64,000 nt of DNA from a virus. The position numbers were made by a program, and so were the translations under genes. The stretch covers positions 64,001 through 128,000 of the IMG/VR virus record IMGVR_UViG_3300009103_000003; one strand, 5' to 3'. The notes under the pieces are model-generated. The model did no database searches and was not told the DNA's origin. It worked only from the letters and a program-made list of their open reading frames with translations. This document shows positions 37,497-47,183 of this stretch, one piece after another (position 1 is the stretch's first letter; every line of letters begins with the position of its first letter).

Positions 37497-38027
37497 ATGC
37501 CATACAAAGTTACAAATCTGGTTAATTCCCGTAGAGACCCCAATAAGCGGAATCGGGGAAGAAGAGGCCCGGATATTAGACGAGCAGCAGTTCGGTTTAA
37601 GATCGGGGGGCGACGCCTACAAATCGGCAAGTCCATTATTATTAATGATAGCTTCTACGCCGCACACAAAAGTGTCATCGACACCTACGCCCTAGAGGGC
37701 CTTATCGCATTGCAGGCAACGGGGGGGACTGCTGAAGTCGAGTCTCAGATTCCTTTACATGCCCCTTCCCCAGAGCCGCCCGTGCCTACATCCCCACCCG
37801 AGGACTCCAAGGACACCGGAGGCCCCATCGTAATTGAGATGGCCCCGGAAAGTGACGAGTCGGATGAAGGCGCGGTTATATTGGAAGCGGCTCCCGAAGA
37901 GGCCCCAGAAGAGGCCCCGGAAAAGCCAGCCAAGAAGAAAGCTAGCTCTAAGAAGACTGAGGAAAAGAAGGAGGAGCCCAAGAAGCGCTCTTCCCGACGA
38001 AGCCGCAGAAAGTCTGAGGATGAATAA
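37497..38027 (+). CDS. Hypothetical virion-associated protein with P/E/K-rich tail
   Basis: APEEAPEEAPEK 12-nt tandem repeat near 37890-37925. Confidence 0.65.
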   Translation: MPYKVTNLVNSRRDPNKRNRGRRGPDIRRAAVRFKIGGRRLQIGKSIIINDSFYAAHKSVIDTYALEGLIALQATGGTAEVESQIPLHAPSPEPPVPTSPPEDSKDTGGPIVIEMAPESDESDEGAVILEAAPEEAPEEAPEKPAKKKASSKKTEEKKEEPKKRSSRRSRRKSEDE

Positions 38028-38446
38028 TGTATATCCGCTGCCTCACTAGATCTTTTAGGCTAGGAGATAAACGTCTTCGCGTTGGGGATTCTTGCGAGGT
38101 TTCAGAAGAAGTACTTGCTTCACTGAAAACCCTTGTGGACTTAGGGATTATCTCTGTCCACACAAAGGACCCTGAAGGAAACCGTAAGCGTCGAAAGGCG
38201 CATAAATCAGCATCAACAGTACCCGAGCCTGTGAGGGCGCGAACCGAAGATGGTCAATTTGTTCCAGATGACCCAGAGACGAAAGATGTTGATGAGGCAT
38301 GGGAAGGCGGAAAAGCTCCGGTCTCCACATCCGGGTTAAAGAAAAGTGAGCTTGTATCATTAGCTGATAATATGGGAATCTCTCTTACAGGTAGCGAGAC
38401 AAAGGCAGTTCTTATCGAGAAAATCGAAGAGGCCGGGGGAGAGTAA
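38027..38446 (+). CDS. Protein with C-terminal Rho-N/HeH-like motif
   Basis: SGLKKSELVSLADNMGISLTGSETKAVLIEKI. Confidence 0.65.
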   Translation: MYIRCLTRSFRLGDKRLRVGDSCEVSEEVLASLKTLVDLGIISVHTKDPEGNRKRRKAHKSASTVPEPVRARTEDGQFVPDDPETKDVDEAWEGGKAPVSTSGLKKSELVSLADNMGISLTGSETKAVLIEKIEEAGGE

Positions 38447-38449
38447 GAA

Positions 38450-38989
38450 GTGGCGAATGACCCAAAAGATCCAAACAGCAATATTACGGGTCCGGAAAAG
38501 ACGGTGTCCGAGGGTCTGCCTAAGGAGCTTCTTAATACTATCTCGCTTATCCGCGCCAAGATGCGCGACTTTCCTGAGCTTAATCGACTAATTGAGGGCC
38601 GAGAGACCTCCGACAGGGAGATCGCATTTGCGATAATGGAGTGCATAGACGACTTCAATATGACTCCCCCTCTTTTAGGTACTTTTACTGTGGCCAATTT
38701 TCCGTCAATATCATTGTTAATAAACGGCTCAATCATTAATATTATTACCTCCGTTGGGCTATTACAGACTAGGAATCATATGTCCTATTCAGACGGCCAA
38801 GGAGTGCAGGTAAGTGTTTCCGATAAGGGGCCCCAATTAATGAACTGGATGAATCTCTTCACACAAACTTATGAGCAAAAGAAGTTTCGTCTGAAGCAGG
38901 CTATTAACCTTGGCGAGGCTTTGAATGGCTCCGCTGTTTCCTCTGAATACGCGCTCGTCAACGGGTACTTTTCTCAGTTGGATTCTTAG
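38450..38989 (+). CDS. Putative head-tail adaptor/neck protein
   Basis: Position and helical pattern typical of adaptor proteins. Confidence 0.5.
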   Translation: MANDPKDPNSNITGPEKTVSEGLPKELLNTISLIRAKMRDFPELNRLIEGRETSDREIAFAIMECIDDFNMTPPLLGTFTVANFPSISLLINGSIINIITSVGLLQTRNHMSYSDGQGVQVSVSDKGPQLMNWMNLFTQTYEQKKFRLKQAINLGEALNGSAVSSEYALVNGYFSQLDS

Positions 38990-38998
38990 GAGATAACG

Positions 38999-39418
38999 AT
39001 GCCAACTATTCCTAACAAACAAAGAGTATCGGTCACTGTTACCGCTCCGGGTAACGACACGACTGATGTTGTAGTCCCCAACTCACAGCATTATACGAAG
39101 TTTGCTATTTCTATCCCGTCTGTAGCCCCCAACTGTACTATCTCAGTTGTTGCAGCAATTCCTGGGACAAACGCAGACATTAACAACGGGGCGGTAGTGG
39201 ACGAAACGGCTCTCCCAATAGTGCGCCAGGGAATTAGCTCCGGGAACGCCTCGGAGATTTTGTTTGATCTTGCGGAATCCCAGACAAACATTTTCGATAC
39301 ACTGGTCCCGTTTCCGGGAGGGATTGCGCTCCGATTTGTAAATCCAAATGGTGGCGCAACCGCATCAATGTCTATTGGCGTCATGATGTATGACTCCGCA
39401 TTTAGTGCGAGACTGTAG
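38999..39418 (+). CDS. Small beta-sandwich structural protein
   Basis: Alternating beta pattern; SD AGGAG. Confidence 0.55.
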   Translation: MPTIPNKQRVSVTVTAPGNDTTDVVVPNSQHYTKFAISIPSVAPNCTISVVAAIPGTNADINNGAVVDETALPIVRQGISSGNASEILFDLAESQTNIFDTLVPFPGGIALRFVNPNGGATASMSIGVMMYDSAFSARL

Positions 39419-39427
39419 GAGGCTTTG

Positions 39428-40630
39428 ATGGACCCGTTTGAAAAGTTACTACAGCAAGAAACAGACACGGATGAAAAGTTCGCTGCTGCCGCAGACTTCT
39501 TCACTGAGTTGAAGACGGCTGGCGTGAAGGTCCGACACAACGCCCAAAACAAGCAGCAGTCGAAGAAGGTTCGCTCGGAGTCCCGAGATAAAATTAGGCA
39601 GCTACTAGCGAGCCAGAAAGCTACTTCGGTAAAACTTCCCGTTCAGAAAGCACCTGCTTCCGCTAAGGCCGTAAAGCCTGTATCCCTCTCTGGTCAGGCA
39701 AGAACACCAGTTCGGGCTCCCTCAAAGAGCAAGGGCTACAAAGAAGTTTCTGTAAAAGACCAAAAGGTTCCGGACAAGAAGATTGCGGTACTCCCCGCTC
39801 TGAAGAAGAAGGTGAAGACCTCCTCCGTAACAAAGTCTGATCAAGCCGCTATTCTCACCAATGCCCTACTAGAAAAACAGGCGTTCTACCCATTCAGCGC
39901 AGCCGCTAGAGCCGCTAAGGGTGCTGTTGGTGCGGGGACCAAGGCACACGCTGTTGGCTCTGCTGCCGCAGAGGGAGCAAAGCTCGGACTCAAGCCCCAG
40001 GCATCTCGGTGGAGTCAAATAGGCGAAGCATTGAAAGGCGCGGGAAGCAAGATTGTCCCACAGCCCGTAAAAGACGTTGGTGGGGCTATTGCTAGGAAAT
40101 ACCGATCTGGCGCTACTAAATGGCAAAACTTTTGGGACCCAGGTTTAGCGGGAGCCCGGAAGCAGGGCCAAGGATATATTGACGATTTTATTGCTCAGCA
40201 GGGTTCTAGGGCCGCAGCAGCCAAGAAAAGTCCTGAAGCGCTCAAGGCTTGGGATGATGCTATGGCGGTGGCTGAGGGCAAACGGAACACTCTTGTTAAG
40301 GCCTTTGAAAAATCAAGAAGTATGAATCGAACTACAGGTCTTGGAAGCACGGCTTCTGAGATCATGACCGCAGTAAAAGGCGCAGACGGAAAGATCTCCC
40401 CCTCTAGCATATATAAGGGTCTGGAGAATCTCGGGCTTACTAGCCCGGAACAACTATTGGGTATGGGCATGGGTGCTGCTGGAGCCATTAAGGCTACACG
40501 CGCTTCTCGTGCCGCAGCAAAAGCACACAATCGGAATATGCTTATCGGTGGTGGTGCCGCTGGCCTTGGTGCATTAGCACTACTTAAGGGAAGAAAAAAC
40601 AGCGGTGACGCACAAGTCGTTATCCGGTAA
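39428..40630 (+). CDS. Basic Ala/Lys/Gly-rich putative internal virion protein
   Basis: DEKFAAA, ELKTAG, VKTSS, LEKQAF; C-terminal LIGGGAAGLGALALL. Confidence 0.6.
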   Translation: MDPFEKLLQQETDTDEKFAAAADFFTELKTAGVKVRHNAQNKQQSKKVRSESRDKIRQLLASQKATSVKLPVQKAPASAKAVKPVSLSGQARTPVRAPSKSKGYKEVSVKDQKVPDKKIAVLPALKKKVKTSSVTKSDQAAILTNALLEKQAFYPFSAAARAAKGAVGAGTKAHAVGSAAAEGAKLGLKPQASRWSQIGEALKGAGSKIVPQPVKDVGGAIARKYRSGATKWQNFWDPGLAGARKQGQGYIDDFIAQQGSRAAAAKKSPEALKAWDDAMAVAEGKRNTLVKAFEKSRSMNRTTGLGSTASEIMTAVKGADGKISPSSIYKGLENLGLTSPEQLLGMGMGAAGAIKATRASRAAAKAHNRNMLIGGGAAGLGALALLKGRKNSGDAQVVIR

Positions 40631-40641
40631 TAGGGGTTATA

Positions 40642-41151
40642 ATGAACGCACTAGAAAAATATGCAGCCAAGAAAAAGCTTACCGAAAAGCTTGTTGAATT
40701 CATCGGAAAGGTTGGACCAAAACATAAGTCCGATGCCGCTGAACGTTTAGCGAAAGCTCAGAAGGCTGCGAAGAATCGACCTAAGGCCAACAAAGGCACT
40801 ACTTCGCAGAAGAAAAGAAAGAAGAAGATTATCGCTGGCCAGAACGAACGCGTAGAAAGCGCCAAGGCTGGTGTGAGTCAAGCAGCCAAAGATTCGTCTC
40901 GCGCACGTAAGCAGGTAGCTGGCGGGTTTGCTGGCTTGGCTGGTTTAGCTGGGCTAGGACTCGGAGCAAAAGCTCTCGGTAAGCGTTCTGCTGGAAAGAC
41001 AGCCATCAAAGGAACTCAGTCCGCTGCTAAGCGACTTGGGGACATGGCGCGTAAACACAAGAAGCCCCTCGCAGTTGGGGGTGGAGTCACAGGCGGTGCT
41101 GTAGCACTTAATCAAATTCTTAAGGATAAGAAGAGCAAGAAGGCGGCTTAA
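40642..41151 (+). CDS. Very basic putative internal virion protein
   Basis: MNALEKYAA; two Gly-rich hydrophobic segments. Confidence 0.6.
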   Translation: MNALEKYAAKKKLTEKLVEFIGKVGPKHKSDAAERLAKAQKAAKNRPKANKGTTSQKKRKKKIIAGQNERVESAKAGVSQAAKDSSRARKQVAGGFAGLAGLAGLGLGAKALGKRSAGKTAIKGTQSAAKRLGDMARKHKKPLAVGGGVTGGAVALNQILKDKKSKKAA

Positions 41152-42057
41152 TTGTTAGAGGTCACAAACATACGTATTCGCAGCTTTGACCTAGGTCATC
41201 TAGATGTCTATTGGGACATCGAGCCTAGTTTCGAAGATATTAGCGATTATGAATTTGTTGTCGAGAGATCCGACAATGAGTTTGGGCCGTACTATGATCT
41301 GACCGTCCCAATTATTGACCGGTACCACGTAAGAGACACATCAGTTCGCGGACACAAAAACTACTATAATAAAGTTTACTACCGTGTCCGGGTTCAAAAG
41401 CGTGGCAGCACAGAGCAGGCCGTCTACCCAGAAGTGGGTGGGGTAAAATTAGCGGCTATGCCGGATCTCGCTGCTTTGGAAATGGCAAGATTAAATAACC
41501 TAAAATTGAAAGAATTTTCAGGAAGAAAAATCTGGGTTTTTCCAAAAAAACAGTCCGGAGGGCGCTGTGCGCTATGTTGGGACCGTGTTGCGCAAAGACG
41601 AACTAGATCAGGTTGCGCTACGTGCTACGACACAAGCTGGGTTGGGGGTTATCATGCTCCTGTACAAACTTATGGAATGATTGTTTCTCCAAATGAACAA
41701 ACAATCCATGCGAACTTTGGAGAGGTCCAAACAGAGAATACAACTCTCATGTTGGGCAACTACCCGGAAATCTCAGAGGGCGATTTGATTATTGAGGCCG
41801 AAAACATTAGATGGAGAGTCGCTTCAACACTTGCAAAGGTGAAGAAGTCTCGCGCACTAATTCGGCAGCAAGTGGCTATCCATCGTGTACCTACCTCAGA
41901 TATAGAATATCGAATTCCGCTAAACTTGACTGACGAAGAAATAAAAGATTTGGTAGCCTCGCCCGAAAGAAATTATACAAACCCACAGACAATGGAGAGC
42001 ACGAAGCTTTCTAATGTTCTTGATAATGTGTTCGGTAAGGGGCAGGTAGCGCTATGA
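41152..42057 (+). CDS. Putative neck/head-closure protein
   Basis: FN3-like N-terminus, CALCWD..SGCATCYDTSWVGGY. Confidence 0.55.
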   Translation: MLEVTNIRIRSFDLGHLDVYWDIEPSFEDISDYEFVVERSDNEFGPYYDLTVPIIDRYHVRDTSVRGHKNYYNKVYYRVRVQKRGSTEQAVYPEVGGVKLAAMPDLAALEMARLNNLKLKEFSGRKIWVFPKKQSGGRCALCWDRVAQRRTRSGCATCYDTSWVGGYHAPVQTYGMIVSPNEQTIHANFGEVQTENTTLMLGNYPEISEGDLIIEAENIRWRVASTLAKVKKSRALIRQQVAIHRVPTSDIEYRIPLNLTDEEIKDLVASPERNYTNPQTMESTKLSNVLDNVFGKGQVAL

Positions 42058-42689
42058 CTTCGTCTGTCACAAAAATAAATACCGATCCGACCCCATTCTC
42101 AGTGCCAGATGATTGTCTTCATGTGGCAACTAGAGCGTGGCTTATTTGGTTGCAGGGACTGTTTCGCACTCGACCTAGTGGTCATTACCGCTGGAGTGCT
42201 AATATGGATGAAACAGAGATTGTTATAACCGACCAAAACCCTGATAAGATCGAGAAGACGAATGTTCGTCCAGTTATTGCCACAGCCCGAGGACCGGCTA
42301 CTTGGGCAGGCACATCAATGGGGCAATCAATCCAACATAGTTTGGACTCCCCAGCGAAGACTTATACAGATATTATTGGTACCTCAATGACACTAAGTAT
42401 TGTAGCCAGAGAGGGTTTAGAGGCCCAAAACCTCGCTTATTTTATTTTTCGTATGATCCCTGTGTTTAAGGCCTCCATTCAGAGGCTTGGAAGAATACAC
42501 GCAATTAGTAACAGCATAACTTTGACACAAGAAAGTCAGCAGGGAGCCCTAGTTCCAGGATCATCGTCCCCAGAATGGAAGATGATTCAAGTAATTATAC
42601 CTTTCTATATTCAGGATGTAGTAACTGCTGATGAGAAGGACTTCTACTCATTAATGAGATCGGTTAATCTACATATGGGTTTGGAATAG
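42054..42689 (+). CDS. Putative tail terminator/completion protein
   Basis: Position just before the sheath gene. Confidence 0.5.
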   Translation: MTSSVTKINTDPTPFSVPDDCLHVATRAWLIWLQGLFRTRPSGHYRWSANMDETEIVITDQNPDKIEKTNVRPVIATARGPATWAGTSMGQSIQHSLDSPAKTYTDIIGTSMTLSIVAREGLEAQNLAYFIFRMIPVFKASIQRLGRIHAISNSITLTQESQQGALVPGSSSPEWKMIQVIIPFYIQDVVTADEKDFYSLMRSVNLHMGLE

Positions 42690-42711
42690 AGCCCCAACAG
42701 GAGTGATAAAT

Positions 42712-45700
42712 ATGGCAACGCTTCCACGACCCGGCGTAGAGATTTCCCAGGAAATCATCGTAGAATCGCCCACCGTCTTGACACCAGCACTGGTGCCTTG
42801 CATCGTTGGGCCCTGCTTTCAGATTGTTGACCCAATCGATGAAGACGGGGCTCTTAACCCACAGGCATCAGTATCAACTGCTGCCCGTGCAGTCAGCACT
42901 GCTGATCTGAACGAACCGCTGAATCTTCGCGGTCGTGAGTTCATTATTTCCGTTAATAATGGCGCAGATCAGATCATTAGCATGCCTGCGGCAGTTAATG
43001 GTGACTTCTCCATGAGCTTTGCCTTGGTCGTCAACACGATCAATAAGCAACTTACTGGTGCTATCGCTGAAATCACTCCCGGCGTAGTAGACGGTGTTGC
43101 TCAACCAAGCAGGCTTGTGTTCAGAACGAACGCTAAGGGACCAACCGCTGCTGTACTGCTAAAGGCGCACCCTGCTGGCGCAGCGTCTTCCGCTTATGGC
43201 GCAGGACCCGATGATATCGTTCAGATGAACGCTCTTGAGGGGATTAATATTACGGGACAGACGAACTACACGAACGTCGCCTACAATATCCCTTACACGA
43301 GCATGCCCTCCCCCATGACTAGCGCTGATGAGTGCGTCTGGGCAGGCGACGATATTACTGTTTATAGATTCTTTGCTAATAGTCTGTCCGAGCTATCGAC
43401 CGATAGTGCAACCAATTGGAATGCATTTACTCTTGGCGAGTCCACGGATGGCGGCGGTAACGCCACCTCCAGTGCTCACCAGCCTGTGATTGCTAATGGT
43501 AAGACTGTCCTTTGGGGCAAGCCTGGAACTGGCTCTAAGACAAACACATTGTGCAACCCAGGAACCCCTGCCAGCATCACTATTCCTTTGGCGCACAGCC
43601 TGAGCGCACAATACCCGTCCAGTCTTGTTGCTTGGCCTGATGTGAGTGGTGAAAACTTCTTGCATGTTGAAGCTCTTGGGCTCCAAACATACCTTGCCAC
43701 CCAAACCCCCGCAGATATCGGGAACTGGGTTGGTGCGGCTGGTAATGCCATTAACGTTGTCTTCGCTGAGAACGCGAATTTGACCGTTGCTTGGAACCCT
43801 GCTGGCACATTGACAATCAATTGTGATGAGACACATACGTTTGCTCAATTGGGCGCTGCGTTAGAGGACCCGGCATTTACGGCCTCGATTGCCTCTGACC
43901 TTATTATCACTTATGCGCCCGGACCAGATGCAGAATCCTTTAGAGGCTTCGCTGCTGGTCAGGCTCCCGCTCCGTGGGTTGGCGGTGCTCACACCTTGAA
44001 CCTTCACGGTGGAGCCGACCCAATCAACTTTGGGGTAGACGGCAACAATGCCGGTGGGCCTGCTAGTGGCGACGACGACCGGATGGCTTGGGTTTGTGGC
44101 GCTGTCGAGGTAGGAAACCTTACCGCAGATGCTTTGGGCCTAGGCGGTGAAATCCTCAATGTATCTATTGATGGTGCAGTCCCCTTGGCAATCACTCTTA
44201 CGGGTGGCGCACAGGTAAACACCACTATCAATAACGCTCTAGCCGGTATCGGTGGATGCACTAATGAAAACGTCGTTAACGCCTTGGGCGAGACGATTAG
44301 TGCTTTGCGGATTAACACTGTGTCTCAAAATGGTCACGACTCCACAATCGAGCTTTCCTCTCCGAATGCAGCAGTCATTGAAAGACTGTGGAGTGGGTTT
44401 GCTAGTGGGTCTGACACCATTGCGCAGGTGGCACTCGCAAATGCGGCTACGCCCCCACAGGCTCACGCCTCTCGTAGATTCTTGGTATCGGGTGGTATCG
44501 GAAACGACTACAACCTTCTTGCCCAATCACTTGGTGAGACAGCCATCCAGAATGGCTCCTTGACCATGATGGTCGATGGGCTTGCATTGGCGTCTCTCCG
44601 CTCTGGCCAAGTTAGTGACGCAGATGTTCTTGCAGCTTCTGCCGGTATGACTTGGGGAGCCGCAGTACCTTGTACGATTACAACCCAAACGGGTAACGAT
44701 GTAATCAACCTAGACCTTGCTGGAAATGTCTCCGGTGGGAGCGCAACCGTTGCTGACTTGATCGTAGAGATTGACACCCAGCTTCAGGCGGCAGGAAACA
44801 CTGGTGGCGAAGTTATTTGTCACGAAGCAAACGGTAGGATCTGTATTACCAGAACCTCTACTACCCACGCTGCTGGAGAAGATTGTTCATTTGAAACAGC
44901 CAACGCTGAATTGTCTGCCCTGTTGGGTGCAGGCATGACCACGGGAACGGCTGTCACGGCAGTGACTGAAGCAACCACCCTTATTATTAAGGATGATGGC
45001 GCAGGCAACTCCTTCCAGGTGAAGTCTTCAACCAGTGACCTAACTGGTCCTTGCCCAGCGAACACTCCTGACACAACTTCCGCTGGAGTCATGTCTGAGT
45101 ACTTCCTTGGTGGTGCACAGCTTGGAACGCCGCTTAACCGTGGTTTTGATCTAAGTCTGGCTGAATACTCTACGGGGGACGTGGCTGTTACGTTTGCTGG
45201 TGAGAACCAAAACGGCGCTCCTGCAAACGCTCTCCCATGCTCTTTTGCTCTTACGCCCGCTTCTGCGCTAACGATTTCTTACACAAGAAGTTGGCCCTGT
45301 GCATTCGGAGAGTCTTCTCCTTCGTATACCTCGCGTCTTTTCCACGGTCGAAGCAATCGGGTTATGACGAGTGATATGCTCTGGAATAAGGGCTCCGTCC
45401 TAGGTCGAGTTGTTCAAGTTAACAACTGGGCAATTGCTGGCGGATTCCCTGGAGCGGAATTGGTCATCTCTGAATTCGCCGCTGAAAAGGGCGTACATCT
45501 TGATGGTTGGTATGTTGTTGCAGAGAACCTTATTGGTGGAACCACCGATGACGCTGGTAACAACATTAGACCTGAACCAGAAGCAGAGTTTAATGATCTA
45601 ACCCAGGTCTACTCAATCAAGCCCGGTGTTAACCGAAATGCTCAAGGCATCGCGGCAGCGGGGTCGAGTGCTCCTGTTTATGCTCAGGTAAAGGCTCTCC

Positions 45701-47166
45701 GTAAGGATGTTACAGCCGATACTGCTAACCCAGGTCTTTTGGTGTTCTCTAGTGCCTCCGAGGTTGAAAGCCTCATTGGTCCTATTGATCCTTCTAACCC
45801 GTTGGCTTTCGGTCTCTACCTCGCATTCTTGAATACCTCTAACATTAACGTTAGCGCGTTCGGTGTTAGTAACGTGACTCCAGACGCTCCAAACGGAACG
45901 CTAGAGGCATACGCGGAGGCCCTTGATTTCTTGGCCCTCAACGAAGTCTATGCTCTTGCTCCGATGACGGACGACATGGAAGTCTTCAAGAAGTTTAGTC
46001 TTCACGTATCGGATTCGTCTGAGCCTCTGGCCAAGCATGAGCGAATGTTCTTATGCTGTCCTTCCCTCCCAACCGAAGAAGGATCTTCCTTGGTTGGTTC
46101 GGCAGACTTCAAGCTCTCTGACATTGGTGGCGGTAAGTTTGAACTCACCATCGCTGACGAGGCTGCTGCGGCTGCATTCAATATCCCGATGGCTATTGAT
46201 GGAAAGACAAATGCTGGCGGTAGTGTCCTTGGTGGCGGGAATGGTTCCTCATACCTCCCCTCGGACGGTATCTACGTAGACCGCGAAGGTGATGCATTTA
46301 GGTACTTGATTACCGGGACGCCCTCAGCGGACACGGTAGTTATTGAAACTGGCGATGTTTACGTTCCTGGCCTCTTTGGTCCAGCTACTTCCGGTAATGA
46401 TGATAGTTATTACCGAACGGGTACTGACGCTCTTGCGAATCTGTCTACTTTTGAATCCGATGGGGAGCTTTGCACCCTTAAGATTCGTCAGGCGGCAATT
46501 GACATGAGCGGAACCGCTGGGAAGCTCAAGGCTTGTGAGACTCTTGCAGAGATTGCTGGTGGACCTACCGGGTTTCAGAATCGAAGAATGGTTATGGTTC
46601 AACCCGAGCAGGTTGGGACCACCGTAAATGGTCTAGAGGTATTGGTTCCGGGGCACTTCTTGTGTGCTGGTATTGCTGGCATGATTGGCCAGCAGAACCC
46701 ATCTCAACCGTTTACCAATTTGCCGATGGTTGGCTTCACAAGACCTGTTGGTTCAAGCGATATTTTCAGCGAGAATCAAATGGCAACTGCTGCGGCTGGC
46801 GGTATCTACTGGGTCATTCAGGATACCCCTGGAGCCCCAATGGCTTCACGCCATCAGCTTACAACGGACGTGTCTTCTCTGAAGTCGCGTGAGTTGTCTA
46901 TTCTTAAAGCGGTTGATTTCGTGGCCAAGCTCATCCGAGCCCAGCTTCGTCGTTACATCGGAAGAAACAACATCACACAACAATTGCTAGAGACTGTTTC
47001 GCTCACAGCGCAAGCGGCTTTGGCTAGTGTGGCAGGCTCCGTGGTGGCGAGAGCTACTCTAGATTCTCTAGAGCAGTCCGCTAATAGCCCGGATGAAATT
47101 TTAGCAACGATTTCTATTACGCCATTTTACCCGGCCAATAGAATCAAGATTACAATCGTCGTATAA
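42712..47166 (+). CDS. Tail sheath protein, very large (about 1484 aa; likely start ATG 42712)
   Basis: N-terminal PRPGVEISQE..CIVGP and sheath-type C-terminus (RHQLTTD..RELSILKAVDF..PFYPANRIKITIVV); tube-like gene nearby. Confidence 0.85.
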   Translation: MATLPRPGVEISQEIIVESPTVLTPALVPCIVGPCFQIVDPIDEDGALNPQASVSTAARAVSTADLNEPLNLRGREFIISVNNGADQIISMPAAVNGDFSMSFALVVNTINKQLTGAIAEITPGVVDGVAQPSRLVFRTNAKGPTAAVLLKAHPAGAASSAYGAGPDDIVQMNALEGINITGQTNYTNVAYNIPYTSMPSPMTSADECVWAGDDITVYRFFANSLSELSTDSATNWNAFTLGESTDGGGNATSSAHQPVIANGKTVLWGKPGTGSKTNTLCNPGTPASITIPLAHSLSAQYPSSLVAWPDVSGENFLHVEALGLQTYLATQTPADIGNWVGAAGNAINVVFAENANLTVAWNPAGTLTINCDETHTFAQLGAALEDPAFTASIASDLIITYAPGPDAESFRGFAAGQAPAPWVGGAHTLNLHGGADPINFGVDGNNAGGPASGDDDRMAWVCGAVEVGNLTADALGLGGEILNVSIDGAVPLAITLTGGAQVNTTINNALAGIGGCTNENVVNALGETISALRINTVSQNGHDSTIELSSPNAAVIERLWSGFASGSDTIAQVALANAATPPQAHASRRFLVSGGIGNDYNLLAQSLGETAIQNGSLTMMVDGLALASLRSGQVSDADVLAASAGMTWGAAVPCTITTQTGNDVINLDLAGNVSGGSATVADLIVEIDTQLQAAGNTGGEVICHEANGRICITRTSTTHAAGEDCSFETANAELSALLGAGMTTGTAVTAVTEATTLIIKDDGAGNSFQVKSSTSDLTGPCPANTPDTTSAGVMSEYFLGGAQLGTPLNRGFDLSLAEYSTGDVAVTFAGENQNGAPANALPCSFALTPASALTISYTRSWPCAFGESSPSYTSRLFHGRSNRVMTSDMLWNKGSVLGRVVQVNNWAIAGGFPGAELVISEFAAEKGVHLDGWYVVAENLIGGTTDDAGNNIRPEPEAEFNDLTQVYSIKPGVNRNAQGIAAAGSSAPVYAQVKALRKDVTADTANPGLLVFSSASEVESLIGPIDPSNPLAFGLYLAFLNTSNINVSAFGVSNVTPDAPNGTLEAYAEALDFLALNEVYALAPMTDDMEVFKKFSLHVSDSSEPLAKHERMFLCCPSLPTEEGSSLVGSADFKLSDIGGGKFELTIADEAAAAAFNIPMAIDGKTNAGGSVLGGGNGSSYLPSDGIYVDREGDAFRYLITGTPSADTVVIETGDVYVPGLFGPATSGNDDSYYRTGTDALANLSTFESDGELCTLKIRQAAIDMSGTAGKLKACETLAEIAGGPTGFQNRRMVMVQPEQVGTTVNGLEVLVPGHFLCAGIAGMIGQQNPSQPFTNLPMVGFTRPVGSSDIFSENQMATAAAGGIYWVIQDTPGAPMASRHQLTTDVSSLKSRELSILKAVDFVAKLIRAQLRRYIGRNNITQQLLETVSLTAQAALASVAGSVVARATLDSLEQSANSPDEILATISITPFYPANRIKITIVV

Positions 47167-47183
47167 GTCGAAGGAGTGTTACA

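Noticed and set aside
37890-37925. 12-nt tandem repeat
   Set aside because: Simple coding repeat (APEE x3) in a disordered linker.
42712-47166. Intein or intron explaining the large sheath (also considered for RNAP, TerL and helicases)
   Set aside because: No C/S...HN intein termini, no LAGLIDADG/HNH motifs, and the frames are uninterrupted.
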